A stretch of DNA of 64,000 nt from an uncultured Gemmatimonadales bacterium (GCA_963739455.1 CAVUAK010000001.1:2521338-2585337), one strand, 5' to 3'; counted from the stretch's first letter, positions 1 through 10,051 are shown. Made by a program: numbers and translations. The notes: a model not told the origin generated them from the sequence alone.

Positions 1-35
1 GCCTGACGCGTGAAGCCGCGCCCGATATTGGCCAC
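1..35 (-). CDS. 5' end of a cassette ORF, truncated by window edge
   Basis: AGGAG RBS then GTG at 35 just after the GTTATGC core. Confidence 0.5.
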   Translation of the reverse strand, partial: MANIGRGFTRQ

Positions 36-65
36 AGATCTCCTACCGTTCAGGGGCTTGCTGCT

Positions 66-137
66 GCATAACGCGTTGCACGTGTGCTGCGGCCGCAGGA
101 TTACCCGCGGCCTGCAGCCACTATGTGCTTGTTAGGC
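66..137 (-). repeat. attC site, internally deleted (72 bp)
   Basis: GCATAAC...GTTAGGC ends and outer stem kept; inner hairpin missing. Confidence 0.85.
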
Positions 138-154
138 GACACTGGGATGAGGAG

Positions 155-919
155 CTACGGCAATGGCAGCGCGCCAAGCGACTCATACTGCGCCCACAGA
201 GGCGTTTCTTCGAGCGGCCGACGCTCAAAGTTCTGCCCTCCCCGCCTCATATCTACCAATGCCCCGGTGGGCGCGACGAGCCACCAATCTTTCGAGCCAT
301 CCGGATCCGTGAGCTCATACAGCTTACCCTTACCGCGCGCAGACGCGGTAACCGTGACAAGGTCCCATTTTGCCGCAAACGGCCTGTAGATCAGGACCCG
401 CCACGGCTGTGGCGCCCCGTTGAGTGACGCCAATACGGGCACCAGGAGATCCTCCATGCCGTAGTCGGCGACTCCCCACGGTTCTTTCGGAATGGGATAT
501 GCAGCGCGGGTTGTTCCCGTAATGCGGATAGAGTCGGCGGATGCTGTGATGACCACTTGGGTTTCCACGCTGTCGCCCGATGTCCAGAGCGCCTGCGCTT
601 GGGTTGGGCGGCCGCCATCTAGGCGCACTGCCGAGGTGCCCAGGTAGGCTTCCCCGCGAACCATTGCCGCCGACACTTGATTCTGGGACCGCTGTACGAG
701 ATGAAGCAGGATCGGACGCCCATCGTACCACGACACAAGGGTATCACCGGAGGCGAGCTGCCTGGACGCGTGAGCCGCGATAAAGGCCGCGAGTAGGTCG
801 TGCGTTTGGTGAGCCGTGGGGGCCTGTGCCGCCGTGGGCCCGGGGAGCAATAGGCTGCCGGCACCGACACAGGCGAGCACGCGGCAAATGATGAGTTGAA
901 GCAAAAGCAGATTCCCCAT
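155..919 (-). CDS. Cassette-encoded exported hypothetical protein (254 aa)
   Basis: ORF between attC 66 and attC 929; hydrophobic N-terminus; ORF-track extension upstream of 919 lies inside attC. Confidence 0.75.
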   Translation of the reverse strand: MGNLLLLQLIICRVLACVGAGSLLLPGPTAAQAPTAHQTHDLLAAFIAAHASRQLASGDTLVSWYDGRPILLHLVQRSQNQVSAAMVRGEAYLGTSAVRLDGGRPTQAQALWTSGDSVETQVVITASADSIRITGTTRAAYPIPKEPWGVADYGMEDLLVPVLASLNGAPQPWRVLIYRPFAAKWDLVTVTASARGKGKLYELTDPDGSKDWWLVAPTGALVDMRRGGQNFERRPLEETPLWAQYESLGALPLP

Positions 920-928
920 TGTGGTGCC

Positions 929-1059
929 GCCCAACGCGTTGCACATGTGCTGCGGCCGCGGTGGCGGCGCGAGCGCGGCGGCTGAACAGGCTCCTAGCAC
1001 AGGCCGCGCTCGTGCCGCACGAACTACCAGCGGCCGGCGGCACCATGCGCGTGTTAGGT
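929..1059 (-). repeat. attC site
   Basis: GCCCAAC-gcgttgcacatgtgctgcggccgcgg...caccatgcgcgt-GTTAGGT, 131 bp. Confidence 0.93.
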
Positions 1060-1107
1060 GGCTCCCGAACCCGTTTCGGGGTCGGTGCCCCTTACCCCCG
1101 GATCGTA

Positions 1108-1659
1108 TTACTGGTGCTCAGACCAGTGGCCGTCGCTGCGACGAACCCTAAGCACAGCCTGGGCGCGCGGGTCGTGCTCCAGTGCCCCGATGTTCCACCC
1201 GACTTGGACGGCGAATAGCTGTGTCCAGAGACGCGTGCCGGCGTGTGAGAGCAGGTGAGATTCCTCGTTAACCTTCAGCAATATCATCGACGTGGCCGTT
1301 AGGCCAAGCGTGTTGCTCAACTCGTCGAAGATCACAGTGGCGTTACTGAGAATCTTCTCTGCGCCCCGCCGACGGTCACCACTTAGCTCATGCACGAGCG
1401 TGAGCGCGATGATGCCGCGGGTGGTGGTTGGAGACAGGAGCGCCGGCGATGGAAGCCTTGCTAGGAACGCCTCAACCTCCGCTGGAGCCACCCTGCGCAG
1501 CGACGGTGTGAATAGGTAGGGATCGACGCCAATGGCATGCACACCGGATGCGGGGGGCGGCCCAAGGGGCGCAACCTGCTCCTCAAAGCGAATGAGTGCG
1601 AACGCTATGCGCGCCGCCTCCAGTCTGAGATCATCAGGCATCGATGCAATCGCCGTCAT
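1108..1659 (-). CDS. Cassette-encoded hypothetical protein
   Basis: GGAGG RBS, ATG at 1659, fills the cassette. Confidence 0.7.
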   Translation of the reverse strand: MTAIASMPDDLRLEAARIAFALIRFEEQVAPLGPPPASGVHAIGVDPYLFTPSLRRVAPAEVEAFLARLPSPALLSPTTTRGIIALTLVHELSGDRRRGAEKILSNATVIFDELSNTLGLTATSMILLKVNEESHLLSHAGTRLWTQLFAVQVGWNIGALEHDPRAQAVLRVRRSDGHWSEHQ

Positions 1660-1680
1660 ATCGTGTCCTCCGCTGTAGCC

Positions 1681-1811
1681 ACCTAACGCGTTGCACATGC
1701 GCTGCGGCCGCGGTGGCGGCGCGAGCGCGGCGGCTCAACAGGCTCCCAGCACTGGCCGCGCTCGTGCCGCATCAAGGCCCGCGGCCGACGGCCACCATGT
1801 GCTTGTTAGGC
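1681..1811 (-). repeat. attC site
   Basis: 131-bp copy. Confidence 0.93.
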
Positions 1812-1823
1812 GGCAACGGACAC

Positions 1824-2387
1824 TTAGTTGCCCGCAACGACCCCACGCTCATTGAATTGCACCTTGCCGACCCGCCGAGAGCCCAGATCAATCTCGGCAC
1901 CGAAGTACGACGCACCGCCATCACAAGTCCGTACTGCGCGATCAGCGAAGCTCTGTAGCAGGCCCCCGAGGCCGTGCGTACTGTGACCGCCGGCGGGTGC
2001 GAGCTGCTGGCGTAGCGTGTCCTGCTGCGCCGGCGTCAGATAGGCGCCATTTGCATACAGGACGCGCTTGCCATTGATAACAAGGCCGCCGTACTGTCGT
2101 GCATAGTTGCCTACGAGTAGCGACATACCTGGCTCCTTTGGCGCGCGTGGTAACGCCGCCGCGAGTGCCTGCGCCAACAGCGAATCAGCCAGCGCCATCT
2201 CTGCCGTGCTCGGCCGCCAAAAGGACTCGGCCTTCAAAGGACCGACTCTCGTGCACGGGTCTAGGAGACCTGGCATTGCGGAGTCGGGAAGCGCGACGGC
2301 CAAGGCGGGATCAAAGACCTGTGATCCCTGGGTATGGGCTAGGGCGGCCACTCCCAATGCTATCGTGACGACATGGGCTAGTTGCAA
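1824..2387 (-). CDS. Cassette-encoded exported hypothetical protein
   Basis: Signal-peptide-like N-terminus; YARQYGG and CDGGASYFG motifs; fills the cassette. Confidence 0.75.
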   Translation of the reverse strand: MQLAHVVTIALGVAALAHTQGSQVFDPALAVALPDSAMPGLLDPCTRVGPLKAESFWRPSTAEMALADSLLAQALAAALPRAPKEPGMSLLVGNYARQYGGLVINGKRVLYANGAYLTPAQQDTLRQQLAPAGGHSTHGLGGLLQSFADRAVRTCDGGASYFGAEIDLGSRRVGKVQFNERGVVAGN

Positions 2388-2407
2388 AGCATGCGCTCCT
2401 CATTGGC

Positions 2408-2538
2408 GCCTAACGCGTTGCACATGTGCTGCGGCCGCGGTCGCGGCGCGAGCGCGGCGACTCAACAGGCTCTCAGCACTGGCCGCGCTCGTGCCGCACC
2501 AATACCCGCGGCTGACAGCCACCATGTGCTTGTTAGGC
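2408..2538 (-). repeat. attC site (identical to copy at 33113 from TAAC onward)
   Basis: 131-bp copy. Confidence 0.93.
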
Positions 2539-2787
2539 CGCCGTCCCAGCCAAGCGGTTGCGGTGGTACCGCCAGGCCATGACCAGTACTGATAGCGTCA
2601 GCACGATGCTGACGGCGTCGACCAGTCGACTATCGCCGAGTCGACTCACCTGTGCGGTGGCAACTGCGGCGGCCAAAAGCAGAAGCACCCGCGCGCGGTC
2701 CTTCAGGCCGCGCCGATAATAGATGCCGGCGACCACCGCAAACGTGATCGGAACGATTGCGAAGGCGGCGATACCGATTAGCTGCAT
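2533..2787 (-). CDS. Cassette-encoded small 3-TM membrane protein (84 aa), copy 1
   Basis: Identical to 33238-33492; TAA stop lies within the attC R'' box. Confidence 0.85.
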   Translation of the reverse strand: MQLIGIAAFAIVPITFAVVAGIYYRRGLKDRARVLLLLAAAVATAQVSRLGDSRLVDAVSIVLTLSVLVMAWRYHRNRLAGTAA

Positions 2788-2809
2788 GGCGCCTCCAAGG
2801 TCGTATGCG

Positions 2810-2840
2810 GCCTAACTCTGACATCTGCTGCGGGGGCCAG
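2810..2840 (-). other. Recombination core / half attC-like site at the right boundary of the left cassette run
   Basis: Minus strand reads CCCCCGCAGCAGATGTCAGA-GTTAGGC; no partner half found nearby. Confidence 0.55.
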
Positions 2841-2897
2841 CTTGCCGCCATCGCATTGACCTGAGTAAGCCTAGCCGTCGGTACGTCAGTGGGCAGG

Positions 2898-2968
2898 ATG
2901 GGACGATCGTCCCATGCCTCCCCCCCCCGTTCCCTGCGCTTGCGACGCTGGTGCCCAGACGGTACTTT
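2898..2968 (+). promoter_or_regulatory. 18-bp palindrome plus sigma70-like promoter
   Basis: ATGGGACGATCGTCCCAT (2898-2915), then TTGCGA-N17-TACTTT (2940-2968) upstream of the ORF at 3016. Confidence 0.5.
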
Positions 2969-3015
2969 ATGATGCAAAGTCGTTTGCGACGGTCGTGAAG
3001 CTTCTGGAGGGTCTC

Positions 3016-3600
3016 ATGACTGACGACAAGTCCCGCCGGCTGCGGGCCACTTTCTGGAACGCCGCGGCATGGAGTGCCGCCTGGGCCATCGCCGGCGGCG
3101 CAATCGTCACCCTCGCCGCCCTGTTCAATCCCGATCCCGCCATCGAGTCCCTCGCTGAGCGCGTCGGCATGGCGCTCTTTGCCGGGGTCACCTTTGGCTT
3201 CAGGTTCGCCATTGCGGGCGCTGTCATTGGAACCCTCTTCTCGGCCATCATCCGCTGGGGCTACCGCGGCAAGCGCCTGGCTGACATCAGTCCCGTGAGG
3301 TTCGGGATCCTTGGCGCCGTCGTCGGCGGGGTAGGAGTGCCGCTGTTCCTGCAGCTCATGAACGTGCTGTCCGGCGACGGGCCGATCGCTTGGGGCCTGG
3401 TCCTGGATGACGGTCCCTGGGCCGCCGTCTTTGGCGCTGCCGTTGCCGCTGGTTCCATTCTGGTCGCGCGCCGTGCCACCGCACTGTCGCACGAGTCACC
3501 CGCGCAGCAGCTCGAACGTGGAGACGACTACGGCGACCAGCTAGGTGACGATGCGGTCAGGAGCACGAAGGTGAAAACCCACCGCACGGATAATACTTGA
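3016..3600 (+). CDS. Membrane protein, hypothetical
   Basis: GGAGG RBS, ATG at 3016, four hydrophobic segments. Confidence 0.75.
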   Translation: MTDDKSRRLRATFWNAAAWSAAWAIAGGAIVTLAALFNPDPAIESLAERVGMALFAGVTFGFRFAIAGAVIGTLFSAIIRWGYRGKRLADISPVRFGILGAVVGGVGVPLFLQLMNVLSGDGPIAWGLVLDDGPWAAVFGAAVAAGSILVARRATALSHESPAQQLERGDDYGDQLGDDAVRSTKVKTHRTDNT

Positions 3601-3659
3601 GGCATGGCATCATCCTTTTCTCAGGCGCACCTGCAGCGCGGCAACCCGGAGCCAACGAC

Positions 3660-4067
3660 ATGACGCTTTTCCGCGATCTTCTCGCGAAACCCGCCAGCTT
3701 GTCCGCTGCATCGAAATACTCAGTCATGAATGGGTTTGTCTACCTTGCGCTCGGCGCCCTGTTCATTGTCTGGCCCGGCTCGGTACAAGCCATCTTCATG
3801 GATGCGCCATTCGTCGGCCACGAGAGTGCACTGTTCCGGGTTGTTGGCTTGACGATAGCCGTGATTGGCTGGCTCTACCTGTTCGGCGGGCGTTCTGGCG
3901 CGCGGCAATTCGGTCCCGCATCCGTGCTCGATCGCGTGGTGCTCGTTCCCGCAGTGCTCGTACCCCTGGTGTTGGCCGGCGTCTTCCCTCATACGCTGGG
4001 AGCATTTGCGATTCTCGACCCGGCACTCGGCGTGGGTGCCTGGGTACTCCATCACCGCGCGAAGTGA
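3660..4067 (+). CDS. Membrane protein, hypothetical (4 TM)
   Basis: GGAG RBS, hydrophobic ORF. Confidence 0.75.
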   Translation: MTLFRDLLAKPASLSAASKYSVMNGFVYLALGALFIVWPGSVQAIFMDAPFVGHESALFRVVGLTIAVIGWLYLFGGRSGARQFGPASVLDRVVLVPAVLVPLVLAGVFPHTLGAFAILDPALGVGAWVLHHRAK

Positions 4068-4124
4068 AAGATCTCGACATCGCGCCCATTGTTCTCGTCA
4101 TCACTGGGAGGCGAAGGTGAAGTT

Positions 4125-4958
4125 CTAGGCGGCGCGCCCGATGACCCGAGCCGTCCCCATCAGCACCACCAGGCCAATGATCGCGACGACGACGACCATG
4201 ACGACCACGTTCGGGTCGCTGAAGGCCTGTCCCGCAACCACCAGCGCCGCAGCGATGTTGCGTTGGGCAGTCCCCAGTGCAAGCACTTGCCGCGTACCGC
4301 GCGCTGGACCGCCGAGCACCCAACCGGTGCCGAGGCCGGCGACGAGGAAGAGCAGGCCGGCAAGGATTCCGCCGGTTCCGAGCACGGCGAGGACGCTCGT
4401 GAAGTTCACCACGAGCAGCAAGATGAAGAGGAGCGCCAGGCTCAGGCTCGAGATGCGATTGAGCACGGCCCTGCCACGCTCGGCCGCAGCCGGAAACCGG
4501 GCATTCACGACCAGCGCAAGGCCCAGCGGAAGCAGCATCAGGAGGAGCAGGGAGCGGGCGATGGCCCATGAGTTGACCGAGACACCGGGCAGCATGAGCG
4601 GTAGCACCAGCGGGAGGTAGCCGATGGTGATGACCATCAGCAGCACCATCAATCCGACGGCGAACCCGATGTCGGCCTTGGCAAGCTGGGCGAGCTTTGG
4701 CAGGAACGGGGCGCCGGCCGATGTGCCCAGCAGGAGCAGCCCGACTGCCAGCGGTTCATCCAGGTGCAGCAGGCGGCCGAGCCCCATCGCGACCAATGGA
4801 ATCACCACGAAGTTCGCGAGCAGGGCGCGGGCCACGAGCGAGTAGTTTCGAAGCGGTGTGACGATCTGGCGAACCGTGAGACCCAGGCCCATCGCCAGCA
4901 TGCTGGAGATGACGAACGCCAGCATGGCAAAGGGGACCGCCTTCTTCAGCAGCTCCAT
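4125..4958 (-). CDS. Bile acid:sodium symporter (BASS/SBF) family transporter
   Basis: MLAMGLGL, LLANFVVIPL, AGAPFLPKLA and GTAQRNIAAA motifs; multiple TM segments. Confidence 0.88.
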   Translation of the reverse strand: MELLKKAVPFAMLAFVISSMLAMGLGLTVRQIVTPLRNYSLVARALLANFVVIPLVAMGLGRLLHLDEPLAVGLLLLGTSAGAPFLPKLAQLAKADIGFAVGLMVLLMVITIGYLPLVLPLMLPGVSVNSWAIARSLLLLMLLPLGLALVVNARFPAAAERGRAVLNRISSLSLALLFILLLVVNFTSVLAVLGTGGILAGLLFLVAGLGTGWVLGGPARGTRQVLALGTAQRNIAAALVVAGQAFSDPNVVVMVVVVAIIGLVVLMGTARVIGRAA

Positions 4959-4986
4959 AGTGGCGCCTCCTCGGCGCGAACGCATG

Positions 4987-6006
4987 CTACATCGCGGCGA
5001 GGTTCCGCCAGAAGTGAGTCAGGCTGTCGGTTCCCCCGAACAACGTCGTGAAGATCGTCGAGTCCGCCAGGACAACCTGGCCGCCACGCGACGTCGTCGG
5101 CGGCATCCAGAGACACGAATTGAACTCCCGCTCACCGGCATTGGTGAATGGATGCGGACGGGAAAGGTCGATCGGCTGGCGGGCCAGGACATGGATGAGC
5201 TTCTCGTCCGCTGTCGTAACCGCGTAGTGGGGCAGGTGCATGTGGAAGTTGAAGGTGGTCACGCCCTTGAGAAGGCCGTGCGTGTCGAGGTCCCGGTTGA
5301 TGGACAGCGGCGTAATCTGGTCCGGGTGTCCCTCGACCGTCGCCGGGCGCAGGCCGAACTGGTTCATCACCGGGACGTCGAGGCCCTTCATGAGGGACCG
5401 GGTGTACTGGCCGAAGCGCTGCTGCCGGGGAACCAGCTCGTCACCGTGGTGCTTGTACTCCATTTGTCGCTGCTTGAAGTCTGAGGTCAGTCCCACGTCG
5501 TGATGCGGCGCCAGGATCAGGCAGGTGCCCTCGCGCTGCAGCCATGCGCGGATGGCATCGATCTCCTCCTGCGTCGCCTCCTGTTCCGACACCAGGTGAT
5601 CCAGGCCGAACACCATCAGGGTATCGGTATCGTCCAGGATCCGCTCATCGATCGGCAGCTTGAATCCCGCCTGGTCGATGCGCTGGTAGACCGCAACCGG
5701 CTGGCCTGTCGCCTCACCCACGATCTCCTGGAAGCTGAGGATGCTCCGGTGGAACAGCTCCAGTGTTCCCGCGATCCCCTGGAGGAAATTCATCTTGTCC
5801 CACTCAGTTGCCTCGAACCCCGGCCATCCGACCCTGCGCACTTCGGTCATGGTGGAGAACCGGTTGTCCAGCTCGACCGTGTCCCGGTTGGCTTCCCAGG
5901 GATAGCTCCAGGTCCAGTAGACGCTGAAGCGACGCTGCCCCGCTCGGTGAGGCCGCGGGACGTGATCCTGGTTGTAGGTCCGGCCAGTGCGCTTTCGGCT
6001 AGCCAT
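4987..6006 (-). CDS. Hypothetical protein coupled to the Dyp peroxidase (possible GATase/ThuA-like fold)
   Basis: 339-aa ORF overlapping the Dyp stop; LMVFGLDH...CLILAPHHD segment. Confidence 0.75.
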   Translation of the reverse strand: MASRKRTGRTYNQDHVPRPHRAGQRRFSVYWTWSYPWEANRDTVELDNRFSTMTEVRRVGWPGFEATEWDKMNFLQGIAGTLELFHRSILSFQEIVGEATGQPVAVYQRIDQAGFKLPIDERILDDTDTLMVFGLDHLVSEQEATQEEIDAIRAWLQREGTCLILAPHHDVGLTSDFKQRQMEYKHHGDELVPRQQRFGQYTRSLMKGLDVPVMNQFGLRPATVEGHPDQITPLSINRDLDTHGLLKGVTTFNFHMHLPHYAVTTADEKLIHVLARQPIDLSRPHPFTNAGEREFNSCLWMPPTTSRGGQVVLADSTIFTTLFGGTDSLTHFWRNLAAM

Positions 6007-7371
6007 GTCGATCGTCCTTTCCGTCGCCTTCCAGTGCCGCCAGATATCGAAGTGCCTTGAGCCCCGGGCAGGAAGAAGTAGGCGCCGCCGCGCACCGTCG
6101 TGAACGCCGGCAGGCCGGTGATCTTCCTTCGAATGGGCCGTTTCGGGATCTTGAACTCGAGGGTCCCGTCCTGGTTGCCGATGATCGGGTCCCGTTCGTT
6201 CCCGAGCTCGTGAAAATTCTTGTCGTTGACCCACACGTTCTGCGCGAATTCGAACTGGCGTACGAGGCTGGCACAGATCACGAATGCAGCGATGCCGCGC
6301 TCGACGCCGTCATCGGGCGAGCCCTCCGGCAGCGCTGGCCCGTAGGTGGCGCCCCGCCGAATCATCCTGCGGCGGTTCATGTTGGCCCCCGTATCCCGGG
6401 GATTCATTCGCCGGATGTGTGAGCCGAGCGGCACGGCGTACCCGTGCGGGTCGGCCTTGGCGTAGTTGAAGTCGTTGTTGCGCTGCTGTGTCCGCGGCGA
6501 GGGCAGGATCGTCCTTGTCCGGTGCCAGCACCAGCGGCGCTCCACTGCGCCAGCGTCCCATCAGCTTCGCCGCCACCAGTTCCTGTTCCTCGGGCGTCGC
6601 ACCGTTCTGGCGCAGGAACTCGCGGAAGGCACCGACGTGTTCCTCCAGGCGCCGGTAGGCCAGGAAGCTGCCGTTCCGCGACAGCACCGTCGGGCTGCGG
6701 CAACCGCTGCGGCGGGCCCTCCTCGTCAGGATATCCCAGGATGAACTCGCCGGCCTTGAGCGGCGCACCGGTGCCGGGCGTCGGTGTCTCGCCCGATCCC
6801 TCCATCGCCGGCTGCGACATGCGGTCGCGGTAGCCGAAGTGATCGTGCGCGTAGTCGAACGGTGGCGTCGCCTCGAGGTCCAGCGTGGACAGCACCTCGA
6901 CGCCCTCACAGCCGGCGACGACATCCTCGTGCATGGCCCGGCACCGTTCCCGTTCGGCCGCATCACGGGCGAACAGGATGACGATCGCGTGCAGCTCCGG
7001 GCTCGCCAAGCCCTCCCACCCAGTGCTCCGGATGATTGGCGCCGGTATCGCCGAGCATCTCGGCCCGGGCCGCCATGCCCTGCCTGAACTCCTCGGGAAA
7101 AGTGGCCAGCGACGCCTCGTCCACGCCGAGCGCCCGGAGCCCGTTCCAGGTGAACGCGACACTCACCCAGCGCTTGTTGCTGTCGAGCGTCTCGCGGGCG
7201 GCCTGGGCCGACTGCACCGTGTCCAGCATGCGCGCCAGCCACTCCCGCCCGCGCGGCGGCGTTCGAAAGCGAGAGGAACTCGTACCGCCCGGTGAGCGCC
7301 GGCGCGCGCGTCAGCAGGATGTGCTGGATATCGTCGAATTCGAGCGCCGCAGGCTGGTCCGTCGGGCTCAT
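5999..7371 (-). CDS. Dyp-type (dye-decolorizing) peroxidase, split by several frameshifts
   Basis: DDIQ, HFGYRDRMSQP, GEFILGYPDE, NGSFLAYRRLEEHV, AKLMGRWRSGAPL, GSHIRRMNPRD, MIRRGATYGP, RQFEFAQ and TVRGGAYFFLPG pieces across frames. Confidence 0.88.
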
Positions 7372-7934
7372 TGCATCTGGTCGAGCATGTCGGAAAACGC
7401 CGCCTTGAGCCGAAGCGCCTTCTTGATCTCCTCGGCGCTCACAAACGGGTATTCGCCATACTCCAGGAAGCTCGGCCGCTGGTGGTCGCGCACAAACTTG
7501 ATGAACGCGGGCGCGTTGGTCTTCCAGTCCTCCGGAAAGCCCTCGAGGTTCTCGAAGACGGTGTTGACCCCCAGCGAGTTGAACAGGCCGACGGCGTCCT
7601 CGGTGTACTTGTCGAAGTCGGTATCGAAGATCCCCTGGTACATGAAGTACGTGTCCTTGCCGATATCGAAGAGCACCCAGCGCAGGTAGTGGAGCTTGAG
7701 CACGGCGAGGGCGTCCGGCAACGCGCCCACGGCGGTCTCGATCGTCTTGCCGTACTCGCGGATCACGGCCTCACGACCCGGCTTGATCTTCGCGATGATC
7801 GTGAACCCGTAGTTGGCCGGGGTCTTCGGGAAGACCGGACCGTAGCGGCCCTGCTGCGGCTCGAAGTAGCCCTCCTTCGGGATGGCCATGGCGGAGGGCT
7901 TGGACCAGTCGGCTGGCTTGGCGGTGTCTGTCAT
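7368..7934 (-). CDS. Hypothetical protein upstream of Dyp
   Basis: 188 aa with LHYLRWVLFD and FDTDFDKYTED; ATGA-coupled to Dyp. Confidence 0.8.
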   Translation of the reverse strand: MTDTAKPADWSKPSAMAIPKEGYFEPQQGRYGPVFPKTPANYGFTIIAKIKPGREAVIREYGKTIETAVGALPDALAVLKLHYLRWVLFDIGKDTYFMYQGIFDTDFDKYTEDAVGLFNSLGVNTVFENLEGFPEDWKTNAPAFIKFVRDHQRPSFLEYGEYPFVSAEEIKKALRLKAAFSDMLDQMQ

Positions 7935-7968
7935 ACGTTCCTCGTACAGGTGAGGGTCCGGAGCGGAC

Positions 7969-8901
7969 CTAGAAGTGAATGGCGACGGAAATCTGGAGTG
8001 AAACTCCTTCGTAGGTCGATCGGCCCCCGAACTCATCGACAACCTTGATCCCCGTGCTTACCTGACGTGCCGGGAGGAACAGGTTGCACGCGAGACCGAG
8101 CCCGTAGACCCGGTAACGTGCCGCGATCTCCTCGGGTGTCAAGTCGGGCCCGGTCCTGGCGGTGGTTTGCCAGAGAGCGTATCCGACCGGCCCCACCTGG
8201 AGTTGGAGATCGTTCCCAAGCTGAAACCGCTGCGTCACTGAATAGTCGAGATTGAGGTTCTGGCCCGGGTGAATCCCGGTGCCCTCCTGGGTGCCATGGA
8301 CCTCGTACATCAGGAATGCCGAGACGGCCGTCGCGCGGCTGCGGTTCAGGTATACCGTCTGCCCAGTCGACGCGACCCAGGTCCAGTATCCGGAACCGAC
8401 GTTGTCGTTCCGGCCAGCGGTGTAGCGGCCAGTGGGTGCCAGGAAGCCCAGGGCGACGCGACTATCGAGACGTGTCAACCGCCAGGCCAGAATGAGCGGC
8501 TGAAAAAACGAGTCGCCGAAGCCACTGCCCCCACTCACCGCTCCCAGGTCATCCGACGTGAGCGAATTGGCGGCGATCGGCAGCGTGGCCGTGGCCGAGA
8601 CGTACGCTCCGCCGAGAAAGTGTGTCTGCCGGCTTACCCAAGCCACCGTGTTCATGTCCAGGAGGACCGCCTGCTGTCCGGTGGCGAGAACCTCGCCGTC
8701 TGGGCCCTTCGACTTGTCCCGCGAGTAGTAGAGGAACTGGTTGATGTAGCTCCATCCCGACGGCGGAGTCACGCCGGCGTTGACGGCGTTCATGCCGAGC
8801 GGATAGACGCCCCGTACCTGGGCGAGCAGCTGTCGGGGCCCAACGAACCATCCCAGCACTGCCAACAGGCCCGCTGGCCCCCAGCGCCTAGTCCAGTTCA
8901 T
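7969..8901 (-). CDS. Outer-membrane channel, SphA/Phenol_MetA_deg (COG4313-like) family
   Basis: Signal peptide; SGFGDSFFQP, APTGRY and NVGSGYWT motifs; C-terminal Phe. Confidence 0.8.
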   Translation of the reverse strand: MNWTRRWGPAGLLAVLGWFVGPRQLLAQVRGVYPLGMNAVNAGVTPPSGWSYINQFLYYSRDKSKGPDGEVLATGQQAVLLDMNTVAWVSRQTHFLGGAYVSATATLPIAANSLTSDDLGAVSGGSGFGDSFFQPLILAWRLTRLDSRVALGFLAPTGRYTAGRNDNVGSGYWTWVASTGQTVYLNRSRATAVSAFLMYEVHGTQEGTGIHPGQNLNLDYSVTQRFQLGNDLQLQVGPVGYALWQTTARTGPDLTPEEIAARYRVYGLGLACNLFLPARQVSTGIKVVDEFGGRSTYEGVSLQISVAIHF

Positions 8902-8929
8902 TGTCGGCTCTTGGCATGTGCAGCAGGGA

Positions 8930-9415
8930 CTACAGGCGGAGGAACCGCTTCAACCAGGCGGTCCACGGTTCCCTGACGCTGGGAAGCTGGTGCTCCGGAT
9001 ACCCTGTTCCCGTCACGTGAACTTGGTAGAGGACGGAGGCCTCGCCTGCAGGAACAGGGAATGCGACGGGCTGATGAAGCAGAAGGCCGCGGATCAGGAA
9101 GTCGAGCAGTGCGACCTCGTCCTGGTCTGTGCCCCGGCGGTAGTGAAACGAACCAGCCGTTACGACTGCGCGGGTCACTTCGAGCTGGTTCCCGGCTCGG
9201 CGGAAATCTACCTGATAAACACCTTGCCCCGTCCAGCTGCGGTGAAAGAACAAGGAATCGCTTTCCCAGAAGATGAACCACTTGTCTTCCATCTCTCCGG
9301 GGACGAGCCCTTTGCGGAGGAGGTCGGCCTCGTCGGCCGAAAACGTGGCGGCGTAGGTGAGCGGAACCGTCGAGCCGAGGGGCACGCTTTTCCAGGAGTC
9401 GCGGGTTGCGGTCAT
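8930..9415 (-). CDS. Hypothetical protein with MEDKW...FHRSWTG motif
   Basis: GAGGA RBS; GLVPGEMEDKWFIFWESDSLFFHRSWTG. Confidence 0.75.
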   Translation of the reverse strand: MTATRDSWKSVPLGSTVPLTYAATFSADEADLLRKGLVPGEMEDKWFIFWESDSLFFHRSWTGQGVYQVDFRRAGNQLEVTRAVVTAGSFHYRRGTDQDEVALLDFLIRGLLLHQPVAFPVPAGEASVLYQVHVTGTGYPEHQLPSVREPWTAWLKRFLRL

Positions 9416-9450
9416 TGAGTCCTCGAGCTCGCTCCTCCGGGGTGACCGAT

Positions 9451-10047
9451 TTAAGAATGCAGTCTGACGCGCCGTCGCTCCGCAAGGGACGCCAGGACAG
9501 GGTGAAATGCGGCCTCGCCTTGTGGGCTGAGGTCGCGCTCTGACGGAGGCGACCGAAGGACGTCTTCCAACTCGGCAATCGAGGCCGGCCAGCGGCCCAG
9601 TGCCGCCCGGCGCTCCTCTATGGCGCGATTCCATCCCCACATTTCGTAAGCCAGCAAGAACCGCGATCGCAGCGAGTTCTCGATTGTCGCATGGTCGCCT
9701 CGTGAGGCGCGCTCGCCCGAAGGGAGGTTTCTCAGGAGCTCCACCATGTCGGCGCGCTCACACATCCAGGACTCAAACCTGTTCTGGGCGTCGAAACGAT
9801 CTTCCAGCACCGCCATGCCGCCCCCTGCGAAATCTGTCCAGCCCCGCTGGCGCTGCGCGGCGCTGTCCACGACAAATACCGGGTTGTACAGCCATCCCAA
9901 TGAGCTGCCCTCAATCGAACCGAGGAGCGCGAGTGTCGCCTGGAGAGGCGCGCCATCCGCAAGGACACACCTGCGCTTGTGGGCGTCGCAAAGCATCCGC
10001 GGCTCAGGGCCGGTCGGAGCCTCTGGCAGGCACGCAAAGCAATACAT
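9451..10047 (-). CDS. Hypothetical protein
   Basis: Open frame between neighbours; start uncertain (MYCFAC). Confidence 0.45.
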   Translation of the reverse strand: MYCFACLPEAPTGPEPRMLCDAHKRRCVLADGAPLQATLALLGSIEGSSLGWLYNPVFVVDSAAQRQRGWTDFAGGGMAVLEDRFDAQNRFESWMCERADMVELLRNLPSGERASRGDHATIENSLRSRFLLAYEMWGWNRAIEERRAALGRWPASIAELEDVLRSPPSERDLSPQGEAAFHPVLASLAERRRVRLHS

Positions 10048-10051
10048 CTCG

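Larger units (their letters stand above)
1..2816 (-). mobile_element. Second run of integron cassettes (4 complete plus 1 running off the window)
   Basis: Same attC family at 66, 929, 1681 and 2408; same orientation as the main array. Confidence 0.93.

Noticed and set aside
929..1059. Extra-helical base being G on the top strand as a novelty
   Set aside because: Both G and C occur at this attC position in known sites, and the foreign half-site at 26960 shows the same pattern
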